A stretch of DNA of 64,000 bases, from contig NC_081382.1 in the NCBI RefSeq assembly GCF_030684315.1, positions 20,956,367-21,020,366 of the forward strand, in the 5' to 3' direction. Each line of letters starts with the position of its first letter. The first letter of the stretch is position 1. Positions 1 to 13,699 of this stretch are shown piece after piece. A program made the translations under genes and the position numbers. This DNA is from Stegostoma tigrinum (lineage: Eukaryota). Below the pieces are notes generated by a model. That model did no database searches. It had not been told where the DNA came from and saw only the letters and a program-made list of their open reading frames with translations.

Positions 1-190
1 CTCAGTTCAAAAATCTAGCACCTCATACAGGTCTCATCAACCTGGGAGATTTATATTTAAAAACTTTAAGGAGACACTAAACATTCATTAGTGAATGCAT
101 AATTATAGAACTCTTCTGTTAATATTTTTGAGATTTTCCACTGGTCAGTGAATTTTATCCTCACATAATGAATCTCATTGAAGTTCAGAT

Positions 191-484
191 CATAGAGTCC
201 AGAAACAGGCCCTTTGGCCTAACAAGTCCACACTGACCCTTAGAGTATCCTGCCTAGACCCATTCCCCTATGAATCCACTTAATCTACACATTCCTGAAC
301 ACTATGGGCAATTTAGTATGACCAATCCACCTAGCCTGCATACCTTTGGACTGTGGGAGGAAACCCATGCACACACAGGGAGAATGTGCAAATTCCGTGT
401 AGATATTCACCCAAGGGTAGAATCGAACCAGTGTCCCTGGCACCATGAGGTAGCAGTGCTAACCACTGACCCACCATGCTAGCC
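191..484 (-). mobile_element. HE1-like tRNA-derived SINE (V-SINE type)
   Basis: Reverse complement has a degenerate tRNA-like head (GTGGGTCAGTGGTTAGCAC...GGTTCGATTC) and the same body and 3' tail (GGGCCTGTTTC...CTATG) as copies at 39451, 61146 and 63439. Family name is from recall. Confidence 0.8.
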
Positions 485-2154
485 ATTTTTTTAAAACTGG
501 TTTAGTCAACATTTTTTGACCCCTAACTATCCAGATCGAGGCGGTGATCATAAATCTGTTGTTCTGAGTTCAACCTGAGTTATCATTGTTTTTTTTAATG
601 CTCGCAATAACACTTATTATTTGAATAACAAGATATTAGTTAAATTTAATTTGAGGTCAGAATTTCATAAAGTACAAATTATGTAGTTGAAAATGCTGAT
701 TATTTACACCAAAACCGAAGCTTACATTACTTTAATATTTTAACATAAAGTTTAAGATGATTCATTGTGCTAGGCATGTTTTCTCAATATTAACTTACAT
801 TGAGATAAAAATTTGTGGTCCTGGACATATGTATCCTATTCTAACAGATCGTCATCTGATTGTGCCATTGTGAATCATCAGAATAACTAATTGAAGTGTT
901 GCATCTAAAACCATAGGATCTTTGGTGGAAGTGAAAAATAATAAAACATGTTGTTACAATTAAACTTTTCATTATTTTCAAACCACTTTTTCTAACAAAA
1001 TGCTTTTATTTTAAAGTAGGATCCTTTGTTGCACAGAAATCCCTTTTCTGAGGGTGGATGTGAGGATGTCAATTTTGAGGCAATTACAGAGCTGTTCTTT
1101 AAAGTGGTTCCAGAATACAAGCATAAAATATTGTGGTCAACCCACAAGGACTGGCTATTTTCTTCTGATAAAAATTTGTTTTGTATCTAACAGCATGAAG
1201 CAATTCTCAGCTGTCATTTTTTATGAAACATGTGCTCATTAAAGGATTCTTGAAAACGCATTTTTTTTGTTATTAATCAACCTAAACAGGGATGTTAATA
1301 TACACCTCTAGAGTGGGTGGTTCTTAAACACAGTCCTCCTGGCTCAGTAGATAGTAACCATACCATTATGCCACAAATGCCCTAAGGCTTAAGGTAATGA
1401 CAGTGACATGGAACTGGAAAATGTTTAGAGATTTAATTAATGTTTTGCACCTGTTGTTGTAGGGAAAATGTCACATAAATTGTACGATAAGCACATTTGA
1501 GATTTGTTGAAAGAATGGGCTGTGTATTGCCTTAAACGTGTTCTCGAAATGGAGCCTTAGTTTAATTGAAAGCTGCCTGCAAAATAGAATCAATATTTCA
1601 ACTGAATTCTGAGAAGTAGCCAAGAACCAAAACTGAAAGCCGCATGAGATCCTTAGTTAATTGTGAAGCACAAAGCTTCTACTCCATTCGTCTTAAGAGC
1701 TGGTATATATAAACAAGATACTCTTTCTGAGTTTTGGAAGGCTCATACCACCTCTAATGATGCATAAATGTCACATTCCCCTCAATGTTTTGATGAACAA
1801 GCTGGTTCAATTATAAAACACATTTAGAATTTGATCATTCCAGGACAATTCGCCACTGCCAGTAGCCATCTCTATGAAGTGAAATGTATTGAATGTGACT
1901 GATGGATAGAGGGATGAATTCTCCCAATGAATATCTCATTCAGCTTGGTCGATGGAATGTAAAGAGCCTCCCTTTGGCAAAAGATGTTAACTTTGCTATT
2001 TGTAGATTCTTTTTGGAGAGCATCTATGGATGCAACATTGATTAAAAGTAGCACGGCAGTCAAATAAGTCAATTTAAAAAAATAAGCAAATTGAGCAGGG
2101 GAGTAGCTTTCTTGAGGGACGAATTGAAATAAATGAGGTTTTGCAAAAATCAAG

Positions 2155-2460
2155 TTGAACCATGGTCAAACCACACTTAGGGTAGTGTGCACAATTCTAG
2201 TCTCTGCCTTGTAAAGAGTTGGAAGCCCTGGGAAAAATCAATGCCTACAGATATTAGAACTGAGATGTCCTACCCAGCATGAAAGCTGAATACAATGGGA
2301 ATCCTTTTCCTTTTCCTAAAGAGCAGCCCAAAGGATGTTTGCCGAAGGGATTTAAAATTATGCTAAACATGCCAATTGTGAAGGAGACCTAAGTTAGAAC
2401 CATAAATATATTACAGTTATCAATAAATCCACCGTGGAATTCAGGAGAATCACTTTCACG
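2155..2460 (+). mobile_element. Old, decayed CR1 LINE ORF2 3' fragment
   Basis: GGTCAAACCACACTTAGGGTAGTGTGCACAATTCT resembles the VRPHLEYCVQFW-coding segment of the younger CR1 copies. Confidence 0.5.
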
Positions 2461-2462
2461 TT

Positions 2463-2735
2463 ACATAGAACAGTACAGCACAGGAACAGGCCCTTTGGCC
2501 CATCATATCGGTGCCAACCATAATGTCATTCTAAATTAACCCCATCTGCTTGTACATGGTTTGTGTCACTCTATTCCATGCCTATTCATGAGTCTGTCTA
2601 AATGCCTCTGAAACATTGCGAATGCATCTGCTTCTATCACCTCCCCTGGCAACATGCTCCAGGCACCTCCCACTCTCTAAATAAAAAACTTGCCTTGCAC
2701 ATCTCCTTTAAACTTACCCCTCTCAATTTATACCT
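2463..2735 (-). mobile_element. CR1 LINE 3' end fragment
   Basis: Starts with CATAGAACAGTACAGCACAGGAACAGGCCC, the reverse complement of the CR1 3' UTR/tail seen at ~4020-4051. Confidence 0.7.
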
Positions 2736-2772
2736 AACTACCGTTAGTAAGTGGTGGAGAGGATTATAATCA

Positions 2773-4051
2773 TTGGATAGGATTTATAGTCACCTAGAAA
2801 AGAATAATTTGATTAGGGATAGTCAACACTGTTTTGTGAAGGGTAATTTATGCCTCACAAACCCTACTGAGTTCTTTGAGAAGGAGAACAAACAGGTAGT
2901 TTGGGGTAAATCGGTTGATGTGGTGTATATGGGTTTCAATAAAGTATTTGATAAGGTTCCCCACAGTAGGCTATTGCAGAAAATATGGAGGCACGGGATT
3001 GAGGGTGATTTAGTGGTTTGGATCAGAAATTGGCTACCTGTAAGAAGACAGAGGGTGGTGGTTGATGGGAAATGTTCATCCTGGAGTTCAGTTACTAGTG
3101 GTGTACTGCAAGGATCTGATTTGGGGCCACTGTTGTTTGTCATTTTTGTAAATAACCTGGATGAGAGCGTAGAAAGATGGGTTAGTAAATTTGCAGATGA
3201 CACGAAAGTCGGTGGCATTGTGGATTGTGAGGAAGGAAGTTGCAGCTTACAGAGGGACATAGATAAGCTGCAGAGCTGGGTTGAGAGGTGGCAAATGGAG
3301 TTTAATGCGAAAAAGTGCGAGGTGATTCACTTTGGAAGGAGTAGCAGGAATACAGAGTACTGGGCTAATGGTAAGATTCTTGGTGGTGTGGATGAGCTGA
3401 GAGATCTCAGTGTCCATGTGCATAGATCCCTGAAAGTTGCCACCCAGGTTGATACGGCTGTTAAGAAGGCATACGGTGTATTAGGTTTTATTGGTAGAGA
3501 GATTGAGCCATGAGGTCATGTTGCAGCTGTACAAAACACTGGTGCGGCCTCATTTGGAATATTGCGTACAGTTCTGGTCGCCGCATTATAGGAAGGATGT
3601 GGAAGCATTGCAAAGGAGATCCACCAGGATGTTGCCTGGTATGGAGGGAAGGTCTTATGAGAAAAGGCTGAGGGACTGAAGGCTGTTTTCATTCCAGAGA
3701 AGAAGTTTAAGAGGCGACTTAATAGAGACATACAAGATAGGGTAGGCGGTAAGAGACTTTTTCCTGGGATGTTGATGGCTAGCGCGAGGGAGCATAGCTT
3801 TAAATTGAGGGGTGATAGATATAGGGCAGATGTCAGAGTAGGTTCTTTACTCAGAGAGTAGTAAGGGCATTGAATGCACTGCCTGCAACAATAGGAGACT
3901 CGCCAACCTTAAGGGCATTTAAATGGTCATTGGACAAACATTTGGATGATAATGGAATAGTGTAAGTTGGATGGGCTTCAGATTGGTTTCACAGGTCGGC
4001 GCAACATCGAGGGCCGAAGGGCCTGTACTGTGCTGTAATGTTCTATGTTCT
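2773..4051 (+). mobile_element. 5'-truncated CR1 LINE (RT domain, 3' UTR, tail)
   Basis: Translations show RT motifs FDKVPH, GVLQGSDLGPLLF, KFADDTK, WQMEFNAKKC and LVRPHLEYCVQFWSP. Frameshift near 3500. Ends in a TGTTCTATGTTCT tail. Confidence 0.95.
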
Positions 4052-5379
4052 GATTTGGGGAAAAGACGTCCTGCATATAGTGTGGCGTTCAGACTGTACA
4101 TGGTTCTCCACTTGTAGTCTCACTACAGTTTTATACAGTTAGAATGCTAAAGATAAATAGTTCAGGCAAAAACCATGTCCCCACTCATAGGACAGCTGGA
4201 GAAGTGTATGAGTAGGAATGGAATTGAAGGGTACATTTAGGTTTGGACAAAGAGAGATAGAAGTCAGCCCATGCGGGGCCTAAATAGCTACTCACATGTG
4301 TTGGCTTAGATATTCTGTACCTGTGCTGTAAAATCTGTATAATTTCTCCTAATCTAGCACATAGTTTAATTTTTGTAGTTTCAAAAGCAAAATAATGTGA
4401 ATGGTGCAATATAGCTGTGCTGTGACAACATTTCCCGCAGAAAAATCTCCTGCTACTTCAAAGATGTTTATGCATATAAACAATTTGACAAGTGAGGTTT
4501 ATTCTAAACATGGAAACAAATCATTGCTTACAATTACTGATCAATGATGAATACACAAACAGGATTTGTAGCTTGACGTGATCTGAATTTCAGGGAACAA
4601 TGAAAATACCTAGAGCCTATTTTTTGATGTAGGGTAGTAGAAGATATAATATGAGATGTCTGGCCACAATAGACCATAAGAGCTGATGTGATGTCAATGT
4701 GGCTAAATGCATAGAATGATTTATGTTTTTGTTGGTAGCCTGGCGTGATTTTCAGTTTTCTTGTGGTTTGTTGGGTTTGGAAGGGTTAGTTGTCCTGCCA
4801 CAACTGGAATAGGAAAGACCTTCTTCCGTGAGCAGACAGAACAATAGAAAAATGGATTTAAAGCAATTATCAGTAGAATTTTCGCTCGGAGGTTTTCGGA
4901 ATTTACAACCCTCTGCGCATTTCAAAAATGGTCAGTAATGTCACAGCACTAAGTCTAGTAACTCACAGCTGTACGGCTAAGTAGATGGACAGGGGAATTA
5001 AGGTTTATTTTCCTGATGACAAAAGCACATCAGGATGAAGGGCCTTCTCCTGTGTTAGAAGTTCTTTTGATGATTTCATGTTAGCACCTTCCTGCAGATT
5101 GTGATAGATGTGTAGCTGTCACAGGAATTACTCTGAGAAGGTGTGACTGAGGAAAGTTGAGTACACTTTTGGCTTGACAGTGGAGGCTGTGCATGATCAC
5201 CAGTCAGGAGCCCATTTGTCACTGAAACAGACTTTGTTGTGGCCTTCTAATTCACATGCCACGTTAGCATCATGATTTCAGGGTTTTACAACCAATCAGA
5301 AAGGATGGGCAGAATCACAAATCAGTCTAAAGAAGGGGTGGCTGATCTGTGTGCTGGTTGCTGAAACAGCCGGATCAGA

Positions 5380-5950
5380 GGAATGGAAAGGGTATGTGTG
5401 GTAAACCTCTCCTCTTGTCTCAGTGCATGAGATTTCTGCTGTGTGATTCTGAGGGATTGACATGAGTTGCTCTATTCCACAGTGAGGAATGGAAGAAAAG
5501 GAATGTGGGATGAAGTGGCCCAAGTAGTTACCAGCAGGATTATGGGTCCCTCCAACCAGGTGACAGTGAACCATGAGGATCAAGGACCTCAAAAGGACAA
5601 GAAAAATGAATGGCATCACAGCCTCAGGGGGTCACGCTCTGACTTCCCCATTATTCTTCCCTCTTCCCATCGCCGTCATTAACTCTCCATCTCGTTCTCT
5701 CTCTCTCCCCCAACACCGTGCCCCCCACCCCCCCCCCCCCCCCGCATCTCTACCATATTTCTCACAATCACTTGTCACAAATGATCTTCCTACTCCTTTA
5801 CACAATCTATTATTCACACTCACAACTCACTGCTTTCTCTTCTTTGGGGAGAAAAGGTACAGAAATCCAGCAAGTGACAGAAAACAACAGGCTCTCATGA
5901 GGGACACCTTGATGGACACTGGACATGAATACCAGCATGGTCCATTGGGA
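5380..5950 (+). pseudogene. Decayed Myb/SANT-like (trihelix) ORF remnant of PIF/Harbinger accessory-gene type
   Basis: Broken frames read MWDEVAQVVTSRIMGP...RIKDLKR, resembling the W.EVA..V......RT..QC.KR..DL.R pattern. Heavily degraded, recognised by eye. Confidence 0.45.
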
Positions 5951-7232
5951 AGGAGGTCTTTCTCCAGAAAACCAGCACCAACTTGCAATGAGAACCTCAG
6001 CTTTGTGAGGTCCTGGTGCCCACATACATCGAGAGAACTGTTTCTCTGTTCATCAGCTCTGTTTTGGGCACTTCATTTCTTCACTCTTTGATCCAGATTT
6101 CGATCGGCTATGCTCTGTGGATAGGTATGTGGTGGGGAGGAGATGCCAGGTGTTGAAAGCACATTTGGAGATCTAGGCATGGCTGCAGCTGGCTAATTTC
6201 ACTGTTCAAAACCTTCCCAGCTGTCAGCTTCACTGAACAAATATAGCCCTCTGCCACCTTTTCTGGCTACTCCTGGTGAAAAAGCTTATGCTCCAGTTAT
6301 AGTTCATAACTCTGAGCTTAATCCTGAACAGATCCCTATTAATAAATCCCTATTAATTACTTTCCAGACATATCCACGGGTGTTCTCATTCTAACTAAGC
6401 GCCGCCCTGTGAAACTCAGAATTAGAAATGAACAAGTTGGGAGTCTCACCAAATGCCATTCCTTGGGCTTTTAAAACCCTGCCCAAACTTTGCCCCATCC
6501 CTAGCAGTTAAGACTACTCAATGTAGATTGTATCAGACATAATGGGAACTGCAGATGCTGGAGAATCCAAGTTAATAAAGTGTGAAGCTGGATGAACACA
6601 GCAGGCCCAGCAGCATCTCAGGAGCACAAAAGCTGACGTTTTGGGCCTAGACCATTCATCTGAGAGCGGGATGTGGTGAGGGTTCTGGAATAAATAGGGA
6701 GAGAGGGGGAGGCGGACCGAAGATGGAGAGAAAAGAAGATAGGTGGAGAGGAGAGTATAGGTGGGGAGGTAGGGAGGGCATAGGTCAGTCCAGGGAAGAC
6801 GGACAGGTCAAGGAGGTGGGATGAGGTTAGTAGGTAGGAAATGGAGGTGCGGCTTGGGGTAGGAGGAAGGGATGGGTGAGAGGAAGAACAGGTTAGGGAA
6901 GCAGAGACAGGCTGGGCTGGTTTTGGGATGCAGTGGGGGGAGGGGAAGAGCTGGGCTGGTTGTGTGGTGCAGTGGGGGGAGGGGAGATTTTGAAGCTGGT
7001 GAAGTCCACATTGATAGCATTGGGCTGCAGGGTTCCCAAGCGGAATATGAGTTGCTGTTCCTGCAACCTTCGGGTGGCATCATTGTGGCACTGCAGGAGG
7101 CCCATGATGGACATGTCATCTAAAGAATGGGAGGGGGAGTGGAAATGGTTCGCGACTGGGAGGTGCAGTTGTTTATTGCGAACCGAGCGAAGGTGTTCTG
7201 CAAAGCGGTCCCCAAGCCTCCGTTTGGTTTCC

Positions 7233-7894
7233 CAACGCATCATCCTCCGACACTTCTGCCATCTACAATCCGACCCCACCACCCAAGACATTTATCCATC
7301 CCCACCCTTGTCTGCTTTCCGGAGAGACCACTCTCTCCGTGACTCCCATGTTCGCTCCACGCTGCCCTCCGACCCCACCACACCCGGCACCTTGCCCTGC
7401 AACCGCAGGAAGTACTACACTTGCCCCCACACCTCCCCCCTCACCCCTAATACAGCCCCCAAGATGGCTTTCCATATTAAGCAGATGTTCACCTGCACAT
7501 CTGCCATTGTGGTATACTGTATCCATTGTACCCGGTGTGGCTTCCTCTACATTGAGGAAACCAAGCGGAGGCTTGGGGACCGCTTTGCAGAACACCTCCG
7601 CTCGGTTCGCAATAAACAACTGCACCTCCCAGTCGCGAACCATTTCAACTCCCCCTCCCATTCTTTAGATGGCATGTCCATCATGGGCCTCCTGCAGTGC
7701 CACAATGATGCCACCTGAAGGTTGCAAGAACAGCAACTCATATTCCGCTTGGGAACCCTGCAGCCCAATGGTATCAATGTGGACTTCACCAGCTTCAAAA
7801 TCTCCCCTTCCCCCACTGCATCCCAAAACCAGCCCAGTTCGTCCCCTCCACCTACTGCATCACACAACCAGCCCAGCCTGTCTCTGCCTCCCTA
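7233..7894 (+). pseudogene. PLE GIY-YIG endonuclease C-terminal coding remnant
   Basis: QRIILRHF...CNRRKYYTC...VVYCIHCTRCGFLYIEE...EHLRSV...ANHFNSPSHS, with a premature TGA at 7716-7718. Confidence 0.85.
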
Positions 7895-8125
7895 ACCTGT
7901 TCTTCCTCTCACCCATCCCTTCCTCCCACCCCAAGCCACACCTCCATTTCCTACCTATTAACCTCATCCCACCTCCTTGACCTGTCCGTCTTCCCTGGAC
8001 TGACCTATCCCCTCCCTACCTCCCCACCTATACTCTCCTCTCCACCTATCTTCTTTTCTCTCCATCTTCGGTCCGCCTCCCCCTCTCTCCCTATTTATTC
8101 CAGAACCCTCATCCCATCCCCCTCT

Positions 8126-8153
8126 CTGATGAAGGGTCTATGCCCGAAACATC
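8126..8153 (+). ncRNA. Minimal hammerhead-ribozyme motif (family A, mutated stem III)
   Basis: CTGATGA-A-GGGTCTATGCCC-GAAA-CATC, versus family consensus CTGATGAAGGGTCTAGGCCCGAAACGTC. Confidence 0.6.
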
Positions 8154-8544
8154 AGCTTTTGTGCTCCTGAGATGCTGCTTGGCCTGCTGTGTTCATCCAG
8201 CTCCACACTTTATTATCTTCAATGTAGATTGTGTTGATTTAACAATGAGCTGTACTATTTTGGTTGAACATCAATTTAAGTGAGTTTAATGAATGCCTTC
8301 TGTCATTGGATTTGGTGAATTTTCACATGCTGCCTTCCCTCTGTGCTCCATGTTCGTATCTGGCTTCAGCATGCCTCTCTCATTGAATCACGTGCCTACA
8401 GAGGCAATGGTGCTTCCTGCTGCCAGGATTATCCACCACAAATACTGTGGGGACCACATTTAAACACCAGCCGCACACCAGTCCGATTGCGACAAGCAAA
8501 GAATTGCCAATCCAAGTATGCTGCTTGACATTTGAAGCCATTTG

Positions 8545-9170
8545 AAGGAGGGGACTAAGAACAATAAGTTGGCAGCCCACTTGTAGACAGGAACCCGCAA
8601 GTACTTGTGGATGGGGATCCTTGTGGACAAGGAGGGCTAGCCTCTTCCCTCAGGACCATCAAAGGGAATCAGGCCACCAGACTCTGCCAGCATAGAATAA
8701 GATAGGAACCTGGGTCATGCTGGTTTGATGATCAAAAGAAATGTCAGTGATGCTGTAGGAAGGTCAATCCATTTCCTGTCTGCCTGGGAAATATTGCATC
8801 ATCTGTCTGCTACCTCATCTTCATTGTAATTCCATCAATGCACATAGCTCCCACCAAGGCTCATGGTCTACTACCTTTTAATGTTACCTCCAGCATCTTC
8901 CTTCTATAGCTCTCACTCACCTCATCCTCCCTAAATACAAAGCTCCCTACAGAGCTTCCTACATGCTCCCCCGGTACAGCATGCCATCTCTCCTGCTCCT
9001 ACACTCCCACAAGCAGCATCCCAGTCAGTTTCATCTCACTCAATTCCTTCATTTCTTCCATTGCAGGAGAAAATGTTGCATAATATGGGTAAAATAGCCA
9101 ATTTGGGCTAGCGAAGAAGCAAACATTTGTCTCCTCACCTCAAAAAGGAAGAAAATCCTTGAGTTAATGG
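8545..9170 (+). pseudogene. Decayed Myb/SANT-like ORF remnant (PIF/Harbinger accessory-gene type), possibly intron-containing
   Basis: Broken frames read RNPQVLVDG..RRASLFPQDHQR...TLPA...CRKVN. A pyrimidine tract plus TTGCAG|GAGAAAATG at ~9050-9075 looks like a splice acceptor. Confidence 0.45.
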
Positions 9171-9741
9171 AGTCGCAGAGTCGTAGAGCCCTACAGCAAG
9201 AAAACAGACCCTTCGGTTCAACCAGTCCAGGCCAACCATAATCCCAACTAAACTCGTCTTACCTGCCTGTGCTTAGTCCATCTCCATCCAAACATTTCTT
9301 ATTCATGTACTTAAACAGAAATTTATATGGAGATGCTGATACCTCTGTGAAGAATAAAGGGTCATTGTACTATGCGTTGCTGCTCACCTATTCGCACCAC
9401 TATGAAAGTATTCATAACTGGCACAACCTTCTAACCCTTTGAGCAATTTATTTCCTCTCTTCTCTTCTGCAGGCATCGTGGCACTCTCACAACTCCTCTG
9501 TTCTGAACAGACCAGTCCCACACCCATCAGCTCTTTCTTTATCCCTGAGGAAGAAATCCTAGATTTCCCCAGAGAATATCTCAACAAGGCTGCCTCCTGA
9601 ATCTTACAGCAGCTCAGCGACAGATACCCCACTCATCACTTGCTTAGACTAGACTCAGGACCACAGTCCAATGAGTTCACCACTGCCAACTGTCTGTGGC
9701 TGGTCAAGGGAGAAATGGTCCAGATCACTGACACTCAGGAC

Positions 9742-11124
9742 TTAGTTGGTAAAATTTTAGAATCCATTGTAAAGAATGAGATTTCTAAATTCTTGGAAGT
9801 GCAGTGTCAGATTAGAACAAGTCAACACAGATTTAGTAAGGGGAGGTCGTGCCTGACAAACCTGTTAGAATTCTTTGAAGAGGTAACAAGTATGTTAGAC
9901 CAGGGAAACCCAGTAGATATTATCTATCTAGACTTCCAAAAGGCCTTTGATGTGGTGCCTCACGGGAGGCTGCTGAGCAAGGTGAGGGCCCATGGTGTTC
10001 AAGGTGAGCTACTGGCTCAGATTGAGGATTGGCTGTCTGACAGGAGGCAGAGAGTTGGGATAAAAGGCTCTTTTTCGGAATGGCAACCGGTGACAAGTGG
10101 TGTCCCGCAGGGTTCAGTTTTGGGGCCACAGCTGTTCACCTTGTATATTAATGATCTGGATGAAGGGACTGGAGGCATTCTGGCGAAGTTTGCCGATGAC
10201 ACGAAGACAGGTGGACAGGCAGGTAGTACTGAGGAGGTGGAGAAGCTGTAGAAAGATTTAGACAGTTTAGGAGAGTGGTCCAGGAAATGGCTGATGAAAT
10301 TCAACGTGAGTAAATGTGAGGTTTTGCACTTTGGAAAAAAGAATACTCGCATGGACTATTTTCTAAATGGTGAGAAAATTCGCAAAGCAGAAGTACAAAG
10401 GAATCTGGGAGTGTTAGTTCAGGATTCTCTAAAGGTTAACTCGCAGGTAGAGTCCGTGATTAAGAAAGCGAATGTAATGTTGTTGTTTATCTCAAGAGGG
10501 TTGGAACATAAAAGCAGCGATGTGCTTTTGAGGCTTTATAAAGCTCTAGTTAGGCCCCATTTAGAATACAGTGTCCAATTTTGGGCCCCACACCTCAGGA
10601 AGGACATACTAGCCCTGGAGCGTGTCCAGCGGAAATTCACACGGATGATCCCTGGAATGGTAGGTTTAACGTATGATGAACGGCTAAGAATCCTGGGATT
10701 GTACTCATTAGAGTTTGGAAGGTTGAGGGGAGATCTAATAGAAACTTACAAGATAATGTATGGTTTAGAAGGGGTGGACGCTCGGATGTTGTTTCCGTTA
10801 GGTGGGGAGACTAGGACCCATGGGCGCAGCCTTAAAATTAGAGGGGGTAAATTTAAAACTGAAATGAGACGACATTTCTTCAGCCAGAGAGTGGTGGGCT
10901 TGTGGAATTCATTGCCACGGAGTGCAGTGGAGGCCAGGATGTTGGATGCCTTCAAGGCAGAGATCGACAAATTCTTGATCTCAGAAGGAATCAAGGGCTA
11001 CAGGGACAGTGCAGGGAAGTGGAGTTGAAATGTCCATCAGCCATGATTTAAATGGTGGACTGGACTTGATGGGCCGAATGGACTTACGTCCACTCCTATT
11101 TCTTATGGCCTTATGGACTTATGG
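9742..11124 (+). mobile_element. Young 5'-truncated CR1 LINE
   Basis: ORFs 9640-10251 and 10294-11028 are in the same frame, split by one TAG. Motifs [37 protein letters not shown] and WNSLP. Ends in a (CTTATGGA)n-like tail. Confidence 0.95.
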
Positions 11125-13699
11125 ACATCTGCTTAGGCCCAGGTAGGAGTGGGCCCCATAGTATTGGCCATTGATCACTTCATGTACATACATAGACAGT
11201 TATGAGAGCAGCAGGCAGGGTGGCCAGAGACACTCAGTAAACAGGGATAAAGGTTAGAGCAGGCTGTCTCCATGGACAGGTTGGTGGCCATCTCAGAAAG
11301 CCAGGAGCAGGCTGAACCTTCAGTGGTTGCTGAAAATACAGGCAGACTCACACGCTATCACTTCAATGACTGGTGATCAACATCAACAGTCAGGTGACTC
11401 CACCCCATTCCAGGGGCCACTTCCTCTGCAGGAGACAGGGTGGTGTCAGCAGGCACCTGGACAGAGCAGGACCACGCACAGGCCCCTCCACCTCCATCCT
11501 GCTAGCCATCCCCAACCCTGCGGAAGTTCAAGCCAAGGGGATGAATCTGGGCTTACACATGCCCTGGGACCATCTGCCCAACTCTTCCAGACAAATCACT
11601 TGCACAGCAGTGCAGGCTCCTTTCTCCCCCGAGCTGTGGATCCTGGCATTGCATCTAGATGGAATGGGAGGGCAAGGAGAAAGAAAATCCTTCAGGGGTA
11701 GTAAGTGGCCTTGTTGAAAGTTAATTGTACATATGACGTCACATCGGTGCACTTTAGGCCATTACATATCTGATTCACTGTCATTTTAGCTGTAGAACCA
11801 TTTAGCTGTGGTTACTGTGTCAGAACTAAGCAGCCTCCACATTCATCCCAAGGATGGCAGGGGTTATAGTGGAGTGATATTGTGCATTGCTGAGAAGCAT
11901 CCTGGAAACCAACAAATTTTAGCAATTCTTCATCATTATGTTCGTAACTACAGCCAAGGCATGGCCTTTTAGTGATGAGATCACTGATTGCAAGATTAGT
12001 ATGAATGCTTTGTGATCGGCCCTTGCCTCCACTTATGTTCTTCACTTACCATGTGATCCCACATGAGTGCAAAGATTCATTCCAGCAATGTGTCGTGTAA
12101 GGGAGCACACACTCAGTTAAGGATAGGCAATGTCCTAACCTTCATTAACATCTAAATTCTGCCTCTCAGTGAATTGTTCTGGTGCGTCGAATGCTGCGTT
12201 TCTCTGCCATATTGGAAGTGATGTTCCTCTTGCTCAATCTCCTCCTCTTCCTTCTTGGAAGACAGCTGACCCCCGGCATTGGGCACCCAGGCACCTGCTT
12301 GCTGATGTCTTTGTATCTCCTCAATTCTTCCATGCTGTCTTTGTACAATAGCGACAATAGCACCTGCCGTTGTTGGATCCTTTCGAGAAGGGTGCAATGA
12401 ACATACATGAGCATTATCAGAAAGAGAACAGCTTCTCAGTGATACAATTCCTTAGCAGTGCAAACATACTAAACAGAAATCCGGCTTTGTCAAAGGCCAT
12501 CATACAGTAGGGCATGGAAGCCTCAGAGAACAATGGTGATGTAATGTCAAGACATGGATCTCTGAGATTGAACATCAAATGCAGATACATTCATCACAAA
12601 CCATGTTGTACAAATACATTGGAATATTATAATCATAATAGGAGTATTCCCAACATATCTCCACTCTACCCCACCTGAACCACCCAAAAATGCAGCACTG
12701 CATGAAGGGTCCCTGTTCTCACATACCTTACAGTTCACTGTGAGGAGAAAGCAGCTCAGAGCCCATGGGGATCTGTTAGACATTTGAAATGTGCTTCAGC
12801 ATCAACAGCTGCAGGCAACACTTCTAATGTCAGCTTTGATCACTTCCGCTTCATCGGGAATTACTAGGAATAATTTGTCACGATCAATGGCATGGTCAAA
12901 ATCACTTGTGGCTAAGGTTTCTACATTACATTGTTGGTCAATGCATAAGCTGCACCTGCAGAGTCACCTATCGCATGTGTGCATTCTATTGACACCGAAT
13001 GCCTGGTTAGTGCCATTGACCCTTGAGGGGCCTCACATTGCTTAGAAGAGCACGCCGTCGGCACAGATAAAACAAGCACATCATCCACTGAGCATATGCT
13101 GACAGCCATTTCCCGGGTTTATTGCACAGTTAGGGTTTGGTTGAAACTGGAACCATATCCAGATCACCCTCCTGAGAGTGGAGTTAAGGCTCTGCCTGAG
13201 ATTCAAGATTGTCCCCATCAACCCCATCAATTTTGAGGCTCTCCACATTTCATGCAACCCTTTATTTGATAATCCACTATTCTCAGCCCTGGCCATGTCC
13301 ACTGTACACTATCCTACTTAGTGAAGCCAGGTTGGTGGTGACTTGAGAAAGCCTCTCCTCCTGTAATGCCCCATACTCTGTGATCCCACACTTTGGATCC
13401 CACCCTTATATTTAGAATTGCTTCCCTTTGCATCCCAGTTCCCACATTTATGATTCCCTTTTGAACTCCATCTCAGCCTGGACGGGTGCCTGATAACCCT
13501 GCTTGATGTGCTTGTTGCCTACTATTCAATGCCACAGAAAATATTCAAGTCATCATCTGCAACCATCATTTTAATTCACTGTCTGATCCACAGTGATTTA
13601 GGAAAAACCAGCGATTAGCTTTTCTTTACTGTCAGGTAACCAACCAGCCACCCTGTGGGTGCCTGTGTCTGATTCCTGTCAATACATGTGAGCAGACAT

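Larger units (their letters stand above)
6532..8218. mobile_element. PLE family A fold-back insertion (minus arm 6532-~7235, plus arm ~7233-8218)
   Basis: Inverted arms encode GIY-YIG C-terminal sequence (VVYCIHCTRCGFLYIEETKRRLGDRFAEH...). Exact 14-bp TSD TCAATGTAGATTGT at 6518-6531 and 8219-8232. The extra 3' tail is on the left arm only. Confidence 0.92.

Noticed and set aside
2463-4051. CR1 inversion by twin priming
   Set aside because: The opposed pieces are diverged, both carry 3' ends and no enclosing TSD was seen, so they are more likely independent insertions.
9640-11028. Functional reverse transcriptase gene
   Set aside because: 5'-truncated CR1 with no endonuclease domain and an in-frame stop at 10249-10251.
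12921-13109. IECTH as a Harbinger transposase IDCTH motif
   Set aside because: Five-residue resemblance only, with no downstream DDE motifs visible.
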